Shown here: piece by piece, positions 10,578 to 20,317 of the stretch
How the letters are laid out: each line of letters starts with the position of its first letter
Numbering within the stretch: the stretch's first letter is position 1
NCBI GenBank assembly: GCA_041649015.1
Contig: JBAZNU010000008.1
Location: 25,425-89,424, forward strand
Source: Ignavibacteria bacterium
Lineage (GTDB): Bacteria > Bacteroidota > Ignavibacteria > Tepidaquicellales > Tepidaquicellaceae
Length of the DNA: 64,000 nt
Reading direction: 5' to 3'
Position numbers and translations under genes: made by a program
The notes under the pieces: model-generated
What the model saw: the letters and a program-made list of their open reading frames with translations, nothing else
What the model was told of the DNA's origin: nothing
The model's database searches: none

Positions 10578-11117
10578 ATGAGTAGAATAGGTAAAAAGCC
10601 GATAACAATTCCGGGGAATGTAAAACTTGATATAAAAGACAATGTTATAAATGTTACAGGACCAAAAGGCACATTGAATATGACAATGACAGGTGATGTA
10701 AAAGCGAAACTTGAGGGTTCAGAGCTAACATTCACCCGCGATAATGACCTTAAGAAGAATAAAGCTTTGCATGGTTTGTACAGAGCACTTATGATGAACA
10801 TGATTGTCGGTGTTACAGACGGTTATTCGAAAAAACTAGAATTAGTAGGCGTAGGTTATAAAGCAGAATTAAAGGGGAAGAATCTCGTTTTGGCACTTGG
10901 TTATTCGCATTCAATAATTTTTATGGCACCTGAAGAAATTAATATTGAAGTTCCTAATCCAACGAATATAATGATAAGCGGAATTGATAAACAGCTTGTA
11001 GGGGCTATTGCTTCAAAGATACGTTCATTCAGAGAGCCTGAACCTTATAAGGGTAAAGGTGTTAAGTATGATACAGAAAAGATAAGAAGAAAAGCCGGTA
11101 AAACAGCAGCAAAGTAA
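10578..11117 (+). CDS. rplF: 50S ribosomal protein L6
   Basis: 179 aa; MSRIGKKPITIP.. Confidence 0.97.
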   Translation: MSRIGKKPITIPGNVKLDIKDNVINVTGPKGTLNMTMTGDVKAKLEGSELTFTRDNDLKKNKALHGLYRALMMNMIVGVTDGYSKKLELVGVGYKAELKGKNLVLALGYSHSIIFMAPEEINIEVPNPTNIMISGIDKQLVGAIASKIRSFREPEPYKGKGVKYDTEKIRRKAGKTAAK

Positions 11118-11145
11118 ATTATAAAAGTTTAAATTATAAATAACA

Positions 11146-11511
11146 GTGAATACGAAATATCTAACTAACAGACAAAAGATAAAATACAGGATTAGAAAAA
11201 AGATTAACGGTACACCTGAAAGACCGCGTCTTGTTGTCTATAGAAGTCTTTCTCATATATATGCTACATTAGTTGATGATGTTAATGGAAAAACTCTAAC
11301 AGCTGCTTCATCAACTGAGAAACTAACAGCCGAGAAAATAAAAAGTGTTAAAGGTAAAATTGCAAAATCAAAAGAAATTGGTAAAGCAATTGCTGAAAAA
11401 GCAAAAAATATGAATATTGAAACAGTTGTTTTTGATAGAAACGGTTATTTGTATCACGGAAGAGTAAAATCACTGGCTGATGGTGCCAGAGAAGGTGGTT
11501 TGAAGTTTTAA
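11146..11511 (+). CDS. rplR: 50S ribosomal protein L18
   Basis: 121 aa; ..[15 protein letters not shown].. and ..[26 protein letters not shown] start. Confidence 0.95.
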   Translation: MNTKYLTNRQKIKYRIRKKINGTPERPRLVVYRSLSHIYATLVDDVNGKTLTAASSTEKLTAEKIKSVKGKIAKSKEIGKAIAEKAKNMNIETVVFDRNGYLYHGRVKSLADGAREGGLKF

Positions 11512-11539
11512 ATCAAACCTGTTAGTTGATTTGAGCGAA

Positions 11540-11610
11540 TCTCGGATCGTCTAATGGCAGGACAGCGGCCTTTGGAGCCGTTAGTGGAGGTTCGAATCCT
11601 CCTCTGAGAA
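11540..11610 (+). tRNA. tRNA-Gln (anticodon UUG) inside the spc ribosomal operon
   Basis: Hand-folded: acceptor TCTCGGA/TCTGAGA, D arm GTCT-AATGGCA-GGAC, anticodon stem GCGGC/GCCGT with loop CT-TTG-GA, T arm GGAGG-TTCGAAT-CCTCC, discriminator A. 71 nt; no encoded CCA. Confidence 0.85.
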
Positions 11611-11746
11611 CGATTTTAAAAATGACTTGACTTTATTGTTTGTTTTTACAATTATTGACAAGTTCTTTTAAATAAAAACTTTATATAAGCACTGTTTCAG
11701 TCTTAATAATAAAGTAGTTAACGAAAAGAGAAAATAAATAAATTTA

Positions 11747-12256
11747 ATGGCGAAAAAATACATAAAAGCGAGTGAGCTTGAGTTAAAAGAGAAATTAGTC
11801 TACATAGGCAGAGTAGCCAAAGTTGTAAAGGGTGGAAGAAGATTTAGTTTTAGTGCAGTTAGTGTAGTCGGAGATGGCAAAGGTCATGTAGGCATCGGGC
11901 TTGGCAAAGCAAATGAAGTGACGGATGCAATAAGAAAAAGCGTAGAAGACGCTCGTAAAAGTATCGTTTCGGTTCCACTTAGAAAAGGTACGTTACCTTA
12001 TGAGATTATAGGAAAGTATGGTGCAGCAAAGGTCTTATTAAAGCCAGCTTCACCGGGAACAGGATTAATCGCCGGCGGTGGTGTAAGAGCAGTACTCGAG
12101 TCAGTTGGTGTCCAGGATGTTTTGACTAAATTGTTAGGTTCATCAAATCCGCATAATGTTGTAAAAGCGACCGTGAATGCATTGAAGAATTTGAAGGATG
12201 CAAAAATGGTTGCGGATAAGCGGGGAATCGGTTTAGCAGAACTTTTTTCAATCTAA
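11747..12256 (+). CDS. rpsE: 30S ribosomal protein S5
   Basis: 169 aa; ..[30 protein letters not shown].. pattern. Confidence 0.97.
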   Translation: MAKKYIKASELELKEKLVYIGRVAKVVKGGRRFSFSAVSVVGDGKGHVGIGLGKANEVTDAIRKSVEDARKSIVSVPLRKGTLPYEIIGKYGAAKVLLKPASPGTGLIAGGGVRAVLESVGVQDVLTKLLGSSNPHNVVKATVNALKNLKDAKMVADKRGIGLAELFSI

Positions 12257-12273
12257 ATCAATTTTAATTATTA

Positions 12274-12456
12274 ATGGAAAAGAATTTAAAAATAACCCAA
12301 ACAAAAAGCATTATAGACACAACTGTCAGGCAGAAGAAAACAATAGAAGCATTGGGACTTGGAAAACCTAATTATTCAACAGTTAAGAAGGATACACCGC
12401 AGATAAGAGGAATGATAGAAAAGGTGAAACATTTAGTAAAAGTTGAAGTATTATAA
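12274..12456 (+). CDS. rpmD: 50S ribosomal protein L30
   Basis: 60 aa; ..LKITQTKSIIDTTVRQKKTIEALGL.. Confidence 0.9.
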   Translation: MEKNLKITQTKSIIDTTVRQKKTIEALGLGKPNYSTVKKDTPQIRGMIEKVKHLVKVEVL

Positions 12457-12517
12457 TAAAAAGTTTTTCGGCAACATCAGCAACAAAAAACTGTAAAAAA
12501 CTTATTTAAAAACAAAA

Positions 12518-13222
12518 ATGAAAGGTAACAAAATGAAAAAGTTATTCATCATCTTCGTAATGTCCTTGTTCGTTGCAAGTGCATCATTTGCACAGATCAA
12601 CAAAAACTGGGATGGTACAAAACCTGAAGTATATCAGGGTTCAAAGAGCTTTGTATTTGTATATGCTCCGTTCGTAAGTGCTAACCTCGGTGGTGCTTAT
12701 TCAGGTTCATACACTACTTATGCTGACTCAATGAACGCAAATGTTAGTAACATGTTCGGTGTTGGATTCCAGTACTTTGTAACCAACAATATCTCTTTAG
12801 GTGGCGGTATAAGCTTTGCGACAAGTTCATGGGAGCCCAAACTAACAAGCGGAACAGCAAAGAACACAACCACAATGTTTGGTGTTTCAGTTGACGGTAA
12901 TTATCACTTCAAGTCATTGTACGGTGTATCACCTTACTTAGGACTTAACGTTAACATAGGTACCTACTCGTCAACAACAGATGTTACTGGCGGGGGAGCA
13001 AGTGCACAGTACAAGAACACCGGCAGTACGATTGGTTTTGGTGCAAACTTTGGATTTGACTGGTATTTTGCGCCTGGAATTTCATTAGGCGGTAAATACA
13101 CATTAGGAATGCAGATGAATGGTGCACCTGAGTACACACAACCTTCAGGTAAAAGTGAAGGTCCTAAAACAAGCACATTTGGAACAGGTGTTGCAAGTAT
13201 ATTATTAAATGTTCACTTCTAA
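12518..13222 (+). CDS. small outer-membrane beta-barrel protein (porin/OmpW-like) inserted in the r-protein cluster
   Basis: 234 aa. Signal peptide ..LFVASASFA-Q; Gly/Ser/Thr/Tyr/Asn-rich alternating strands; C-terminal ..LLNVHF, where an aromatic terminal residue is typical of BAM substrates. Alternative start at Met6 (12533). Confidence 0.7.
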   Translation: MKGNKMKKLFIIFVMSLFVASASFAQINKNWDGTKPEVYQGSKSFVFVYAPFVSANLGGAYSGSYTTYADSMNANVSNMFGVGFQYFVTNNISLGGGISFATSSWEPKLTSGTAKNTTTMFGVSVDGNYHFKSLYGVSPYLGLNVNIGTYSSTTDVTGGGASAQYKNTGSTIGFGANFGFDWYFAPGISLGGKYTLGMQMNGAPEYTQPSGKSEGPKTSTFGTGVASILLNVHF

Positions 13223-13248
13223 AAAATTGATTTAGAAATCATCCAATA

Positions 13249-13283
13249 CCTATGTCCGCTGAAAAGCGGACATAGGGTTTTTT
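13249..13283 (+). terminator. strong intrinsic terminator after the barrel gene
   Basis: Perfect 11-bp stem cctatgtccgc / gcggacatagg, 6-nt loop, then g + TTTTTT. Lies 25 nt before the rplO start. Confidence 0.85.
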
Positions 13284-13308
13284 ATAGTAATAGATAAAAA
13301 GTAAATAA

Positions 13309-13767
13309 ATGCACATACTCAGTAACTTAAAATACGCAGAAGGCTCAAGGAAAAAGAAAAAGCGAGTCGGTAGAGGTCAGGGTTCCGGTTTTGGAGGTAC
13401 ATCCACAAGAGGAGAAAACGGTGCAAAATCCCGTTCAGGCAATAAATACAGAGCCTGGTTTGAAGGCGGTCAGATGCCGTTGCAGAGAAGGGTTCCTAAG
13501 TTCGGATTTAAAAATATTAACCGTATAGAGTACAACGTATTGAATCTTGGCGGTATTCAGAAACTTATTGATGAGGGTAAGATAACTGAAACAGCTTTTG
13601 ACTTCAAATATCTGCTTGACTACGGTTTTGTAAAAGACTCACGCAAGCCGCTGAAAATTCTCGGCAACGGTGAATTAAAATCTAAACTTGAGATCTCAGC
13701 AAATTCATTCAGCAAATCTGCAAAAGAAAAAATCGAGAACCTCGGAGGAAAAGCCATCATCATATGA
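13309..13767 (+). CDS. rplO: 50S ribosomal protein L15
   Basis: 152 aa; ..KKRVGRGQGSGFGGTSTRG.. and ..FEGGQMPLQRRVPK.GF.. Confidence 0.96.
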   Translation: MHILSNLKYAEGSRKKKKRVGRGQGSGFGGTSTRGENGAKSRSGNKYRAWFEGGQMPLQRRVPKFGFKNINRIEYNVLNLGGIQKLIDEGKITETAFDFKYLLDYGFVKDSRKPLKILGNGELKSKLEISANSFSKSAKEKIENLGGKAIII

Positions 13768-15098
13768 GCGGTTTCGTAGAAAATTTCAGGAATATATTCA
13801 AAATAGAAGAACTCAGGACGAGAATCTTCTTTACTATTGCCCTATTAATAGTTGTCAGAATAGGTGCACATATTACACTTCCCGGCATAGATTCATCAGT
13901 ATTAGCAGAGGCTAATAAAAACGCGAATACTGGCGGACTTTTTGGCTTGTATGATTTGTTTGTCGGAGGTGCATTCAGCAAAGCTGCTGTATTTTCGCTT
14001 GGTATAATGCCTTACATCAGTGCATCTATTATCATTCAGTTACTCGGTGCAGTGTTTCCATACTTCCAGAAACTTCAAAAAGAAGGTGAAGAAGGAAGGA
14101 AAAAAATCAACCAGCTTACAAGGCTTGGAACAATACCTGTGGCTGCACTTCAGGCATGGGGTATAAGCGTTCAGCTTGCTTCAAGAAGAGCAGGAGAGAT
14201 GAATATTATAAGTCCGGAAGTATCAATGTTTGTATTCACTTTTTCGACTGTAATATTTTTAACTGCAGGTACAATTTTGTTAATGTGGTTCGGTGAACAG
14301 ATTACAGAACGAGGAATAGGAAACGGTATATCATTAATTATTTTTATCGGGATTATTGACAGGTTTCCATATTCATTATTTGACGAATATCAGATAATCG
14401 CTTCGGGTGTAAGAAATATTCTTATTGAAGCTATTTATATTGCAGGATTTGTTTTTATTATAGCAGGTGTGATATCAGTAACAATTGCTACAAGAAAGAT
14501 ACCTGTACAATATGCAAAAAGAGTTGTAGGTAGAAAAGTTTTCGGAGGAGTTACTCAGTACATACCACTGAAAGTTAATCAGGCTGGAGTAATGCCGCTG
14601 ATATTTGCTCAATCAATAATGTTTATTCCAAGTACAGTATTGTCATTCTTTCCGAACAGTGAGTTTATGCAATCTATATCTGGATACTTTAATTACGACA
14701 GTTGGTTTTATTCATTTATATACGCGTTATTAATTATATTCTTTACATATTTTTATACAGCTATTGCGTTTAATCCAAAGGATGTAGCTGATAACATGAA
14801 AAAGCAGGGCGGTTTTATTCCGGGTGTAAGACCTGGCAAGCCCACATCAGATTTTATAGATAATATATTAACAAAAATTACATTACCAGGATCAATATTC
14901 CTTGCGATTATTGCCATAATACCTACGTTCCTAATGAAGCTCGGTATCAGTACAGGACTGGCACAGTTTTTTGGAGGAACAAGTTTACTAATCGTTGTTG
15001 GTGTTGCACTTGACACTTTACAGCAGATTGAATCTCATCTGTTAATGAGGCATTATGACGGATTTATGAAAGGGACAAAACTTAAATCACGCAGATAG
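13764..15098 (+). CDS. secY: preprotein translocase subunit SecY
   Basis: 444 aa, multi-TM; ..GIMPYISASIIIQLL.. Start overlaps the rplO stop (ATGA). Confidence 0.96.
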   Translation: MSGFVENFRNIFKIEELRTRIFFTIALLIVVRIGAHITLPGIDSSVLAEANKNANTGGLFGLYDLFVGGAFSKAAVFSLGIMPYISASIIIQLLGAVFPYFQKLQKEGEEGRKKINQLTRLGTIPVAALQAWGISVQLASRRAGEMNIISPEVSMFVFTFSTVIFLTAGTILLMWFGEQITERGIGNGISLIIFIGIIDRFPYSLFDEYQIIASGVRNILIEAIYIAGFVFIIAGVISVTIATRKIPVQYAKRVVGRKVFGGVTQYIPLKVNQAGVMPLIFAQSIMFIPSTVLSFFPNSEFMQSISGYFNYDSWFYSFIYALLIIFFTYFYTAIAFNPKDVADNMKKQGGFIPGVRPGKPTSDFIDNILTKITLPGSIFLAIIAIIPTFLMKLGISTGLAQFFGGTSLLIVVGVALDTLQQIESHLLMRHYDGFMKGTKLKSRR

Positions 15099-15108
15099 AA
15101 AGTTTTTA

Positions 15109-15870
15109 ATGTCCTTAATTAAGAGTGAAAAAGAAATTGAGTTGATGCGTGAAAGCAACATGATTGTTGCAGAGACCTTAAGATACATAAGGTCTTTTAT
15201 AAAGGAAGGTATAACTACACAAGAGTTGGATAGGGAAATAGAATTTTTCATACTAAGTAAGAATTCTATTCCTGCGTTTAAAGGTTATGGCTCTACAAGA
15301 AGAAGAAAGGGGTTCCCCGCAAGTGCTTGTATTTCAGTCAACGAAGAAGTTGTTCATGGAATTCCTTCACAAAGAAAATTAAAATCCGGTGATATTGTAT
15401 CTGTGGATATAGGTGTCTTAAAAAACGGATATTACGGAGACTCAGCTTATACATTCCCGGTTGGTGAGGTCAGCAAGAAGAAACAGAAGCTGATGAAAGT
15501 AACGGAAGAATCTCTTTACAAAGGGATTTCAAAAGCTATAGCAGGTAATGTTATAAACGATATTTCAGTTGCTGTTCAGGCGCATGTTGAAGGTTCGGGT
15601 TACAGTGTTGTTCGAGATCTGGTTGGACACGGAATAGGAAAAAGTCTGCATGAAGAACCAGCAGTACCAAATTTTTACAGTCCTGCGAGTAACATTAAAT
15701 TGAAGGCCGGAATGACAATAGCAATAGAACCGATGGTTAATTATGGAGATTATACTGTTAAGACACTTAGCGACGGATGGACAATAGTGACACAAGACGG
15801 AGAGCCTTCAGCTCATTATGAACATACGATTTTGATAAATGACGGTGTACCGGAAGTATTAACAAAATAA
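15109..15870 (+). CDS. map: type I methionine aminopeptidase
   Basis: 253 aa; ..VVHGIPS.., ..[15 protein letters not shown].., ..[12 protein letters not shown].., ..HYEHTI.. metal-ligand motifs. Confidence 0.95.
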   Translation: MSLIKSEKEIELMRESNMIVAETLRYIRSFIKEGITTQELDREIEFFILSKNSIPAFKGYGSTRRRKGFPASACISVNEEVVHGIPSQRKLKSGDIVSVDIGVLKNGYYGDSAYTFPVGEVSKKKQKLMKVTEESLYKGISKAIAGNVINDISVAVQAHVEGSGYSVVRDLVGHGIGKSLHEEPAVPNFYSPASNIKLKAGMTIAIEPMVNYGDYTVKTLSDGWTIVTQDGEPSAHYEHTILINDGVPEVLTK

Positions 15871-15877
15871 AATTAAC

Positions 15878-16096
15878 TTGGTAAAACAGGATTCAATAAA
15901 GGTCGACGGTATTATTACGGAAATTCTTCCGAATACTACATTTAAAGTAAAGCTGGAAAACGGGCATGAGATACTTGCTCATATTTCAGGAAAGATGCGG
16001 CTGCATTATATAAGGATTCTGCAAGGAGATAAGGTAAGTGTTGAGCTTTCACCTTACGACCTGACTAAGGGAAGAATTACATACAGATATAAATAA
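15878..16096 (+). CDS. infA: translation initiation factor IF-1
   Basis: 72 aa; ..[51 protein letters not shown] start. Confidence 0.96.
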   Translation: MVKQDSIKVDGIITEILPNTTFKVKLENGHEILAHISGKMRLHYIRILQGDKVSVELSPYDLTKGRITYRYK

Positions 16097-16113
16097 AAAT
16101 AAATTACAAGGAT

Positions 16114-16227
16114 ATGAAAGTAAGAAGTTCGGTAAAAAAAATGTGCGATAAGTGCAAAATCATAAAACGTAAGGGTGTTGTTAGGGTTATTTGTACTAAT
16201 CCTAAGCATAAACAGCGTCAGGGATAA
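16114..16227 (+). CDS. rpmJ: 50S ribosomal protein L36 (not in the supplied ORF track; below its length cutoff)
   Basis: Hand translation gives [37 protein letters not shown] (37 aa), with C11/C14/C27/H32 zinc ligands. Canonical position between infA and rpsM. Confidence 0.93.
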   Translation: MKVRSSVKKMCDKCKIIKRKGVVRVICTNPKHKQRQG

Positions 16228-16262
16228 TTTTTTATAATTTTTAATATTAACAGGAGTATAAA

Positions 16263-16643
16263 TTGGCAAGAATAGCAGGTGTTGACCTACCAAGAAATAA
16301 AAGAGCAGTAATTGGGTTAACTTCCATATTTGGAATCGGTCTTTCAACTTCTAAACAAATTTTAGGTAGACTTGGTATCAGCGAAGATACAAAAGTCTCT
16401 GCCTTAACCGATGATGAAGTAAACAAGATAAGGAATGAAATAAGCACTATAAAGCTCGAAGGTGCACTGAAGTCTGAAGTACAGATGAACATAAAGAGGC
16501 TTATTGATACCGGTACTTACAGAGGTAAAAGACACAGAAGAGGATTACCTGTTAGAGGTCAAAGAACGAGGACAAATGCTCGTACAAGAAAAGGTAAGAG
16601 GAAGACTGTTGCAGGCAAGAAGAAAGCAGCAGCCAAGAAATAA
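16263..16643 (+). CDS. rpsM: 30S ribosomal protein S13
   Basis: 126 aa; [10 protein letters not shown].. TTG start after an AGGAG site. Confidence 0.96.
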   Translation: MARIAGVDLPRNKRAVIGLTSIFGIGLSTSKQILGRLGISEDTKVSALTDDEVNKIRNEISTIKLEGALKSEVQMNIKRLIDTGTYRGKRHRRGLPVRGQRTRTNARTRKGKRKTVAGKKKAAAKK

Positions 16644-16683
16644 TTGAACAAGGTTTTTTAAATTAATTTAATACATAATAGAT

Positions 16684-17070
16684 TTGGCTAAAACTGTAAA
16701 AAAGACTAAAAAGAAGATTCAAGTCGATTCGACAGGAGTTGCAAGAATCAGGGCTACTTTTAATAATGTCATAGTTACCTTAACTGACGCTTATGGAAAC
16801 ACAATTTCATGGGCTTCCTCCGGTAAGATGGGATTCAAGGGTTCGAAGAAAAACACTCCATTTGCAGCACAAATGACAGCAGAAGCTGCAGCTAAAGAAG
16901 CATTCGACCTTGGATTAAAAAAGGTTGAAGTTCTTATTAAGGGTGTTGGTTCCGGACGTGATGCAGCGGTCAGAGCTTTAAATACTGCAGGCCTGGAGAT
17001 ATCATCGATTAAGGACATTACACCGCTACCGCATAACGGTTGCCGTCCACCTAAGAAAAGAAGAGTATAA
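16684..17070 (+). CDS. rpsK: 30S ribosomal protein S11
   Basis: 128 aa; ..[31 protein letters not shown].. TTG start. Confidence 0.96.
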   Translation: MAKTVKKTKKKIQVDSTGVARIRATFNNVIVTLTDAYGNTISWASSGKMGFKGSKKNTPFAAQMTAEAAAKEAFDLGLKKVEVLIKGVGSGRDAAVRALNTAGLEISSIKDITPLPHNGCRPPKKRRV

Positions 17071-17106
17071 AAAACAATTTATTATAACATAAAGAAAAAA
17101 TTATAA

Positions 17107-17736
17107 ATGGCTAGATATACTGATGCAAGTTGCAAACTCTGCAGAAGAGAACGAACAAAACTGTTTTTAAAAGGAGTAAAATGCTTTACAGATAAATGCC
17201 CGATAGAGAAGAGAAACTATCCTCCCGGACAGCATGGTATGAGCAAAAGACCAAGAACATCTGATTATCTGGTTCAGCTTCGAGAAAAGCAGAAAATCCG
17301 CAAGACGTATGGATTGCTTGAAAAGCAATTCAGAGGTTATTTTGCAGAAGCTGCAAGAAGAAAAGGTATTACTGGAGAAAACCTCGTTAAGATACTTGAA
17401 AGCAGGTTTGACAACACATTATACAGAATCGGGCTTGCACCTTCTAGAAAAGCAGCAAGACAGCTTATTCTGCATAAACACCTGACTGTAAACGGAAATA
17501 TAGTGAATATTCCTTCATACATGCTCAAATCAGGAGATGTATTGCAGGTTCGTGAAAAAAGCAGAAAACTTCCAGCATTCCATGATGCCATGAAAAGAAT
17601 GAAAGATAACATGATTCCGTCCTGGTTGAATCTTGATAAAGCAAATATGGCTGGTACTTTCCTGCACATTCCCGACAGAGCTGATGTTCCATTCATAGGT
17701 AACGAGCAGTTAGTCGTTGAGTTGTACTCGAAATAA
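17107..17736 (+). CDS. rpsD: 30S ribosomal protein S4
   Basis: 209 aa; MARYTDASCKLCRRE.. zinc-type N-terminus and an S4 RNA-binding domain. Confidence 0.96.
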   Translation: MARYTDASCKLCRRERTKLFLKGVKCFTDKCPIEKRNYPPGQHGMSKRPRTSDYLVQLREKQKIRKTYGLLEKQFRGYFAEAARRKGITGENLVKILESRFDNTLYRIGLAPSRKAARQLILHKHLTVNGNIVNIPSYMLKSGDVLQVREKSRKLPAFHDAMKRMKDNMIPSWLNLDKANMAGTFLHIPDRADVPFIGNEQLVVELYSK

Positions 17737-17757
17737 AAATAAATAATAAATATTATA

Positions 17758-18753
17758 ATGAAAATCAATCATTTACATTTACCGGAAAAGGTAATAAGAG
17801 AAGAAAATACGTACACAAACACTTTTGGCAGATTTATAATGCAGCCTCTGGAAAAGGGGTATGGTGTTACTATCGGAAATGCTTTAAGGAGGATTCTGAT
17901 ATCTTCACTTCCGGGAACAGCTATTGTTGCGATGCAGGTTAATGATATTCAGCATGAGTTCACTACGATTAAAGGAGTAGTTGAAGACGTATCTGAAATT
18001 ATTTTAAATCTTAAAGAAGTTCGGTTTAAGGATTTAACCGGTAAAGCTTCAAAAATTGAAATAAGCATTTCAGGACCAGCTGAATTAAAAGCAAAACACA
18101 TTCAGGAAGCAACTGCTGATTTGGAAATTCTGAATCCAGACCTTCATATTGCCACGCTTAATAAAGAAGGCAAAATGAATATTGAATTAAGAATCGGTTC
18201 CGGAATAGGATATGTCCCTTCCGAGGAAAACAAGAAACACGAACTTCCTCTCGGTTTTATTGCGATTGACTCTCTGTTTTCACCGATATTGAACGTGAAT
18301 TTTGTAATCGAAAATACTCGTGTTGCACAGAAAACTGACTACGAAAAACTTATACTCGAGATTGAAACAACAGGCGCAATGGATTCTGAAACCGCTCTGA
18401 TACTTGCTTCACGCATTCTTAAAGACCACATACAATTATTCATGAATCTCAGTCCTGAAGCAGAAGTAAAAGAAATTGAAGAGGAAGTAAAGGATGAACA
18501 GTTTGAGAATACGAGAAAAATACTCTTAACTCCTGTTGACGAGTTAGACCTTTCAGTCAGGTCACAAAACTGCCTGCGTTCTGCTAACATCAAGAACATA
18601 GCAGACCTTGTCGGTAAACAGGAATCAGATATGTTGCACTACAGGAATTTCGGAAGAAAATCACTTGCTGAGCTTGGAGACCTTATTGAAAGTTTTGGGT
18701 TAGCATTTGGTATGGATGTTGATAAATATATTGGCGAGGAAAAGAAAAAGTAA
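17758..18753 (+). CDS. rpoA: DNA-directed RNA polymerase subunit alpha
   Basis: 331 aa; ..PLEKGYGVTIGNALRRILISSLPG.. and C-terminal ..LDLSVRSQNCLRSANI.. (alpha-CTD). Confidence 0.96.
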   Translation: MKINHLHLPEKVIREENTYTNTFGRFIMQPLEKGYGVTIGNALRRILISSLPGTAIVAMQVNDIQHEFTTIKGVVEDVSEIILNLKEVRFKDLTGKASKIEISISGPAELKAKHIQEATADLEILNPDLHIATLNKEGKMNIELRIGSGIGYVPSEENKKHELPLGFIAIDSLFSPILNVNFVIENTRVAQKTDYEKLILEIETTGAMDSETALILASRILKDHIQLFMNLSPEAEVKEIEEEVKDEQFENTRKILLTPVDELDLSVRSQNCLRSANIKNIADLVGKQESDMLHYRNFGRKSLAELGDLIESFGLAFGMDVDKYIGEEKKK

Positions 18754-18795
18754 GCTGTTCAGATATAATTTTGTAATCAAATATTTTTGTAAAGA

Positions 18796-19425
18796 ATGGA
18801 ACATAGAAAAAAAGGAAGAAAACTAAAAAGAACCGCAAGTCATAGGAAGGCATTGCTATCAAATCTCTGCATCTCTTTAATCAAACACAAGAGAATTTCA
18901 ACCACTCTCGCAAAAGCAAAAGAATTAAAGACTTTTATTGAGCCTTTGATTACTAAAGCGAAGAAAGCATCAAAAAGTCCTGAAGCATACGTACATTATG
19001 CAAGAGAAATAAGAAAATTTCTGAGAGACAGAGAAGCTATTACAATAATTCTTAAGGAAATTGGACCAAAGGTTCTTGATCGTTCGGGAGGTTATACACG
19101 CTTGCTAAAAAGCGGATATCGCGTCGGTGACGGAGGTGAAACAGCGATAATTGAATTGGTGGATTTTAGTGTAGTTGAAAAAACTAAGACTGAAACAAAA
19201 TCAACTACAAAGGGAACTGAAAAAACAACTAAAAAATCTGTTTCGAGGAAAGAAAAGTCTGAAACCGAAATAGAAAAACCGGAAAAGAAACCTGCAGATA
19301 AGAAAACTGTCAAGAAAAAAATAGAAAAGCACACGAAATCGGAAACACATGATAAGCCAATAAAGAAGACGGAAAAGAAAACTGTTGCTATGCGCACAGC
19401 CTCAAGAAAGAAAAGCGAAGGTTAA
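18796..19425 (+). CDS. rplQ: 50S ribosomal protein L17 with a long Lys/Thr/Glu-rich C-terminal extension
   Basis: 209 aa. The L17 core ends around ..GDGGETAIIELVDF.. and is followed by about 85 low-complexity K/T/E/S residues. Confidence 0.94.
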   Translation: MEHRKKGRKLKRTASHRKALLSNLCISLIKHKRISTTLAKAKELKTFIEPLITKAKKASKSPEAYVHYAREIRKFLRDREAITIILKEIGPKVLDRSGGYTRLLKSGYRVGDGGETAIIELVDFSVVEKTKTETKSTTKGTEKTTKKSVSRKEKSETEIEKPEKKPADKKTVKKKIEKHTKSETHDKPIKKTEKKTVAMRTASRKKSEG

Positions 19426-19448
19426 ATCCCTTTATTAATATTATTAAA

Positions 19449-19473
19449 GCGGCTGTTTTTTGCAGCCGTTTTT
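19449..19473 (+). terminator. intrinsic terminator ending the r-protein/rpoA cluster
   Basis: gcggctg-ttttttg-cagccgt stem (one G-U pair) followed by a T run. Confidence 0.7.
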
Positions 19474-19629
19474 ATTTTATTGAAATCAATGTCAAAGTAT
19501 TAATTTTGTCATTTCTAAAATTAAACATTTTTATTATTTTTACATATCTCTTTTTGTTAACTTTTGAATAAACAAGTACATAAAGAAGCCGGCATTTTTA
19601 ACCGGACATTATAAAATACATTTTTTAAA

Positions 19630-20241
19630 ATGAAGATTACAACTGCAGAATTTATTACAAGTATATACGATTTAAGAACATTACCAAAGTCAGTACTACC
19701 TGAATTCGTATTTGTCGGACGGTCGAATGTCGGTAAATCTTCAATGGTAAATAAGTTATGTAATAGAAAATGTCTTGCTAAAATCGGTTCGGTACCGGGT
19801 AAGACAAGGCAGCTTAATTATTTTTTAATTAACGAAGAGTTTTATCTCGTTGATTTACCCGGATACGGTTATGCAAAGGTTCCAGAGCAGATTCGCGCCG
19901 GCTGGCGAAAACTTGTTGAACAGTACGTTAGCGACAGACAGAATGTAAGTATGGTTTTTGTTCTGATAGATTCGAGACATGAACCCACTTATCTCGACGA
20001 GCTTATGGTTACATGGCTCGAGTACTATGAGATTCCATACGCAATTGTTCTGACTAAGTCTGATAAGATATCAAAGAATAAGATGGATAAACAGATATAC
20101 AGATGTGCAAAGATTGTTAATAATGAGGAGTTGTGCGTCGATTATATTCCGTTTTCTATTATTACCGGTGAGGGCAGGAACGAGATGTTAGGATTAATTT
20201 CCAAATCACTTAAAAATCCGAGACCAAGAAACGAAGACTAA
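19630..20241 (+). CDS. engB: ribosome-biogenesis GTPase EngB (YihA/YsxC)
   Basis: 203 aa; ..FVGRSNVGKSSMVN.. (G1), ..DLPGYGYA.. (G3), ..TKSDK.. (G4). Confidence 0.88.
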   Translation: MKITTAEFITSIYDLRTLPKSVLPEFVFVGRSNVGKSSMVNKLCNRKCLAKIGSVPGKTRQLNYFLINEEFYLVDLPGYGYAKVPEQIRAGWRKLVEQYVSDRQNVSMVFVLIDSRHEPTYLDELMVTWLEYYEIPYAIVLTKSDKISKNKMDKQIYRCAKIVNNEELCVDYIPFSIITGEGRNEMLGLISKSLKNPRPRNED

Positions 20242-20317
20242 TTATTCTTTTTTAGAATATATTGCAATCCGTTTATTTTCTCCCGGTGATTCAAAATTTA
20301 TTAAAACTACTACCTAA

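Noticed and set aside
5344-19397. Many 60-143-aa ORFs from the track lie antisense or out of frame inside the ribosomal-protein, secY, map and rpoA genes (e.g. 5344-5568, 6955-7239, 7454-7744, 13688-13915, 17337-17768, 19092-19397).
   Set aside because: Each is fully overlapped by a gene with unmistakable conserved protein motifs. Their translations are low-complexity Leu/Ser/Phe/Ile-rich strings typical of antisense frames in AT-rich DNA, and they lack ribosome-binding sites.
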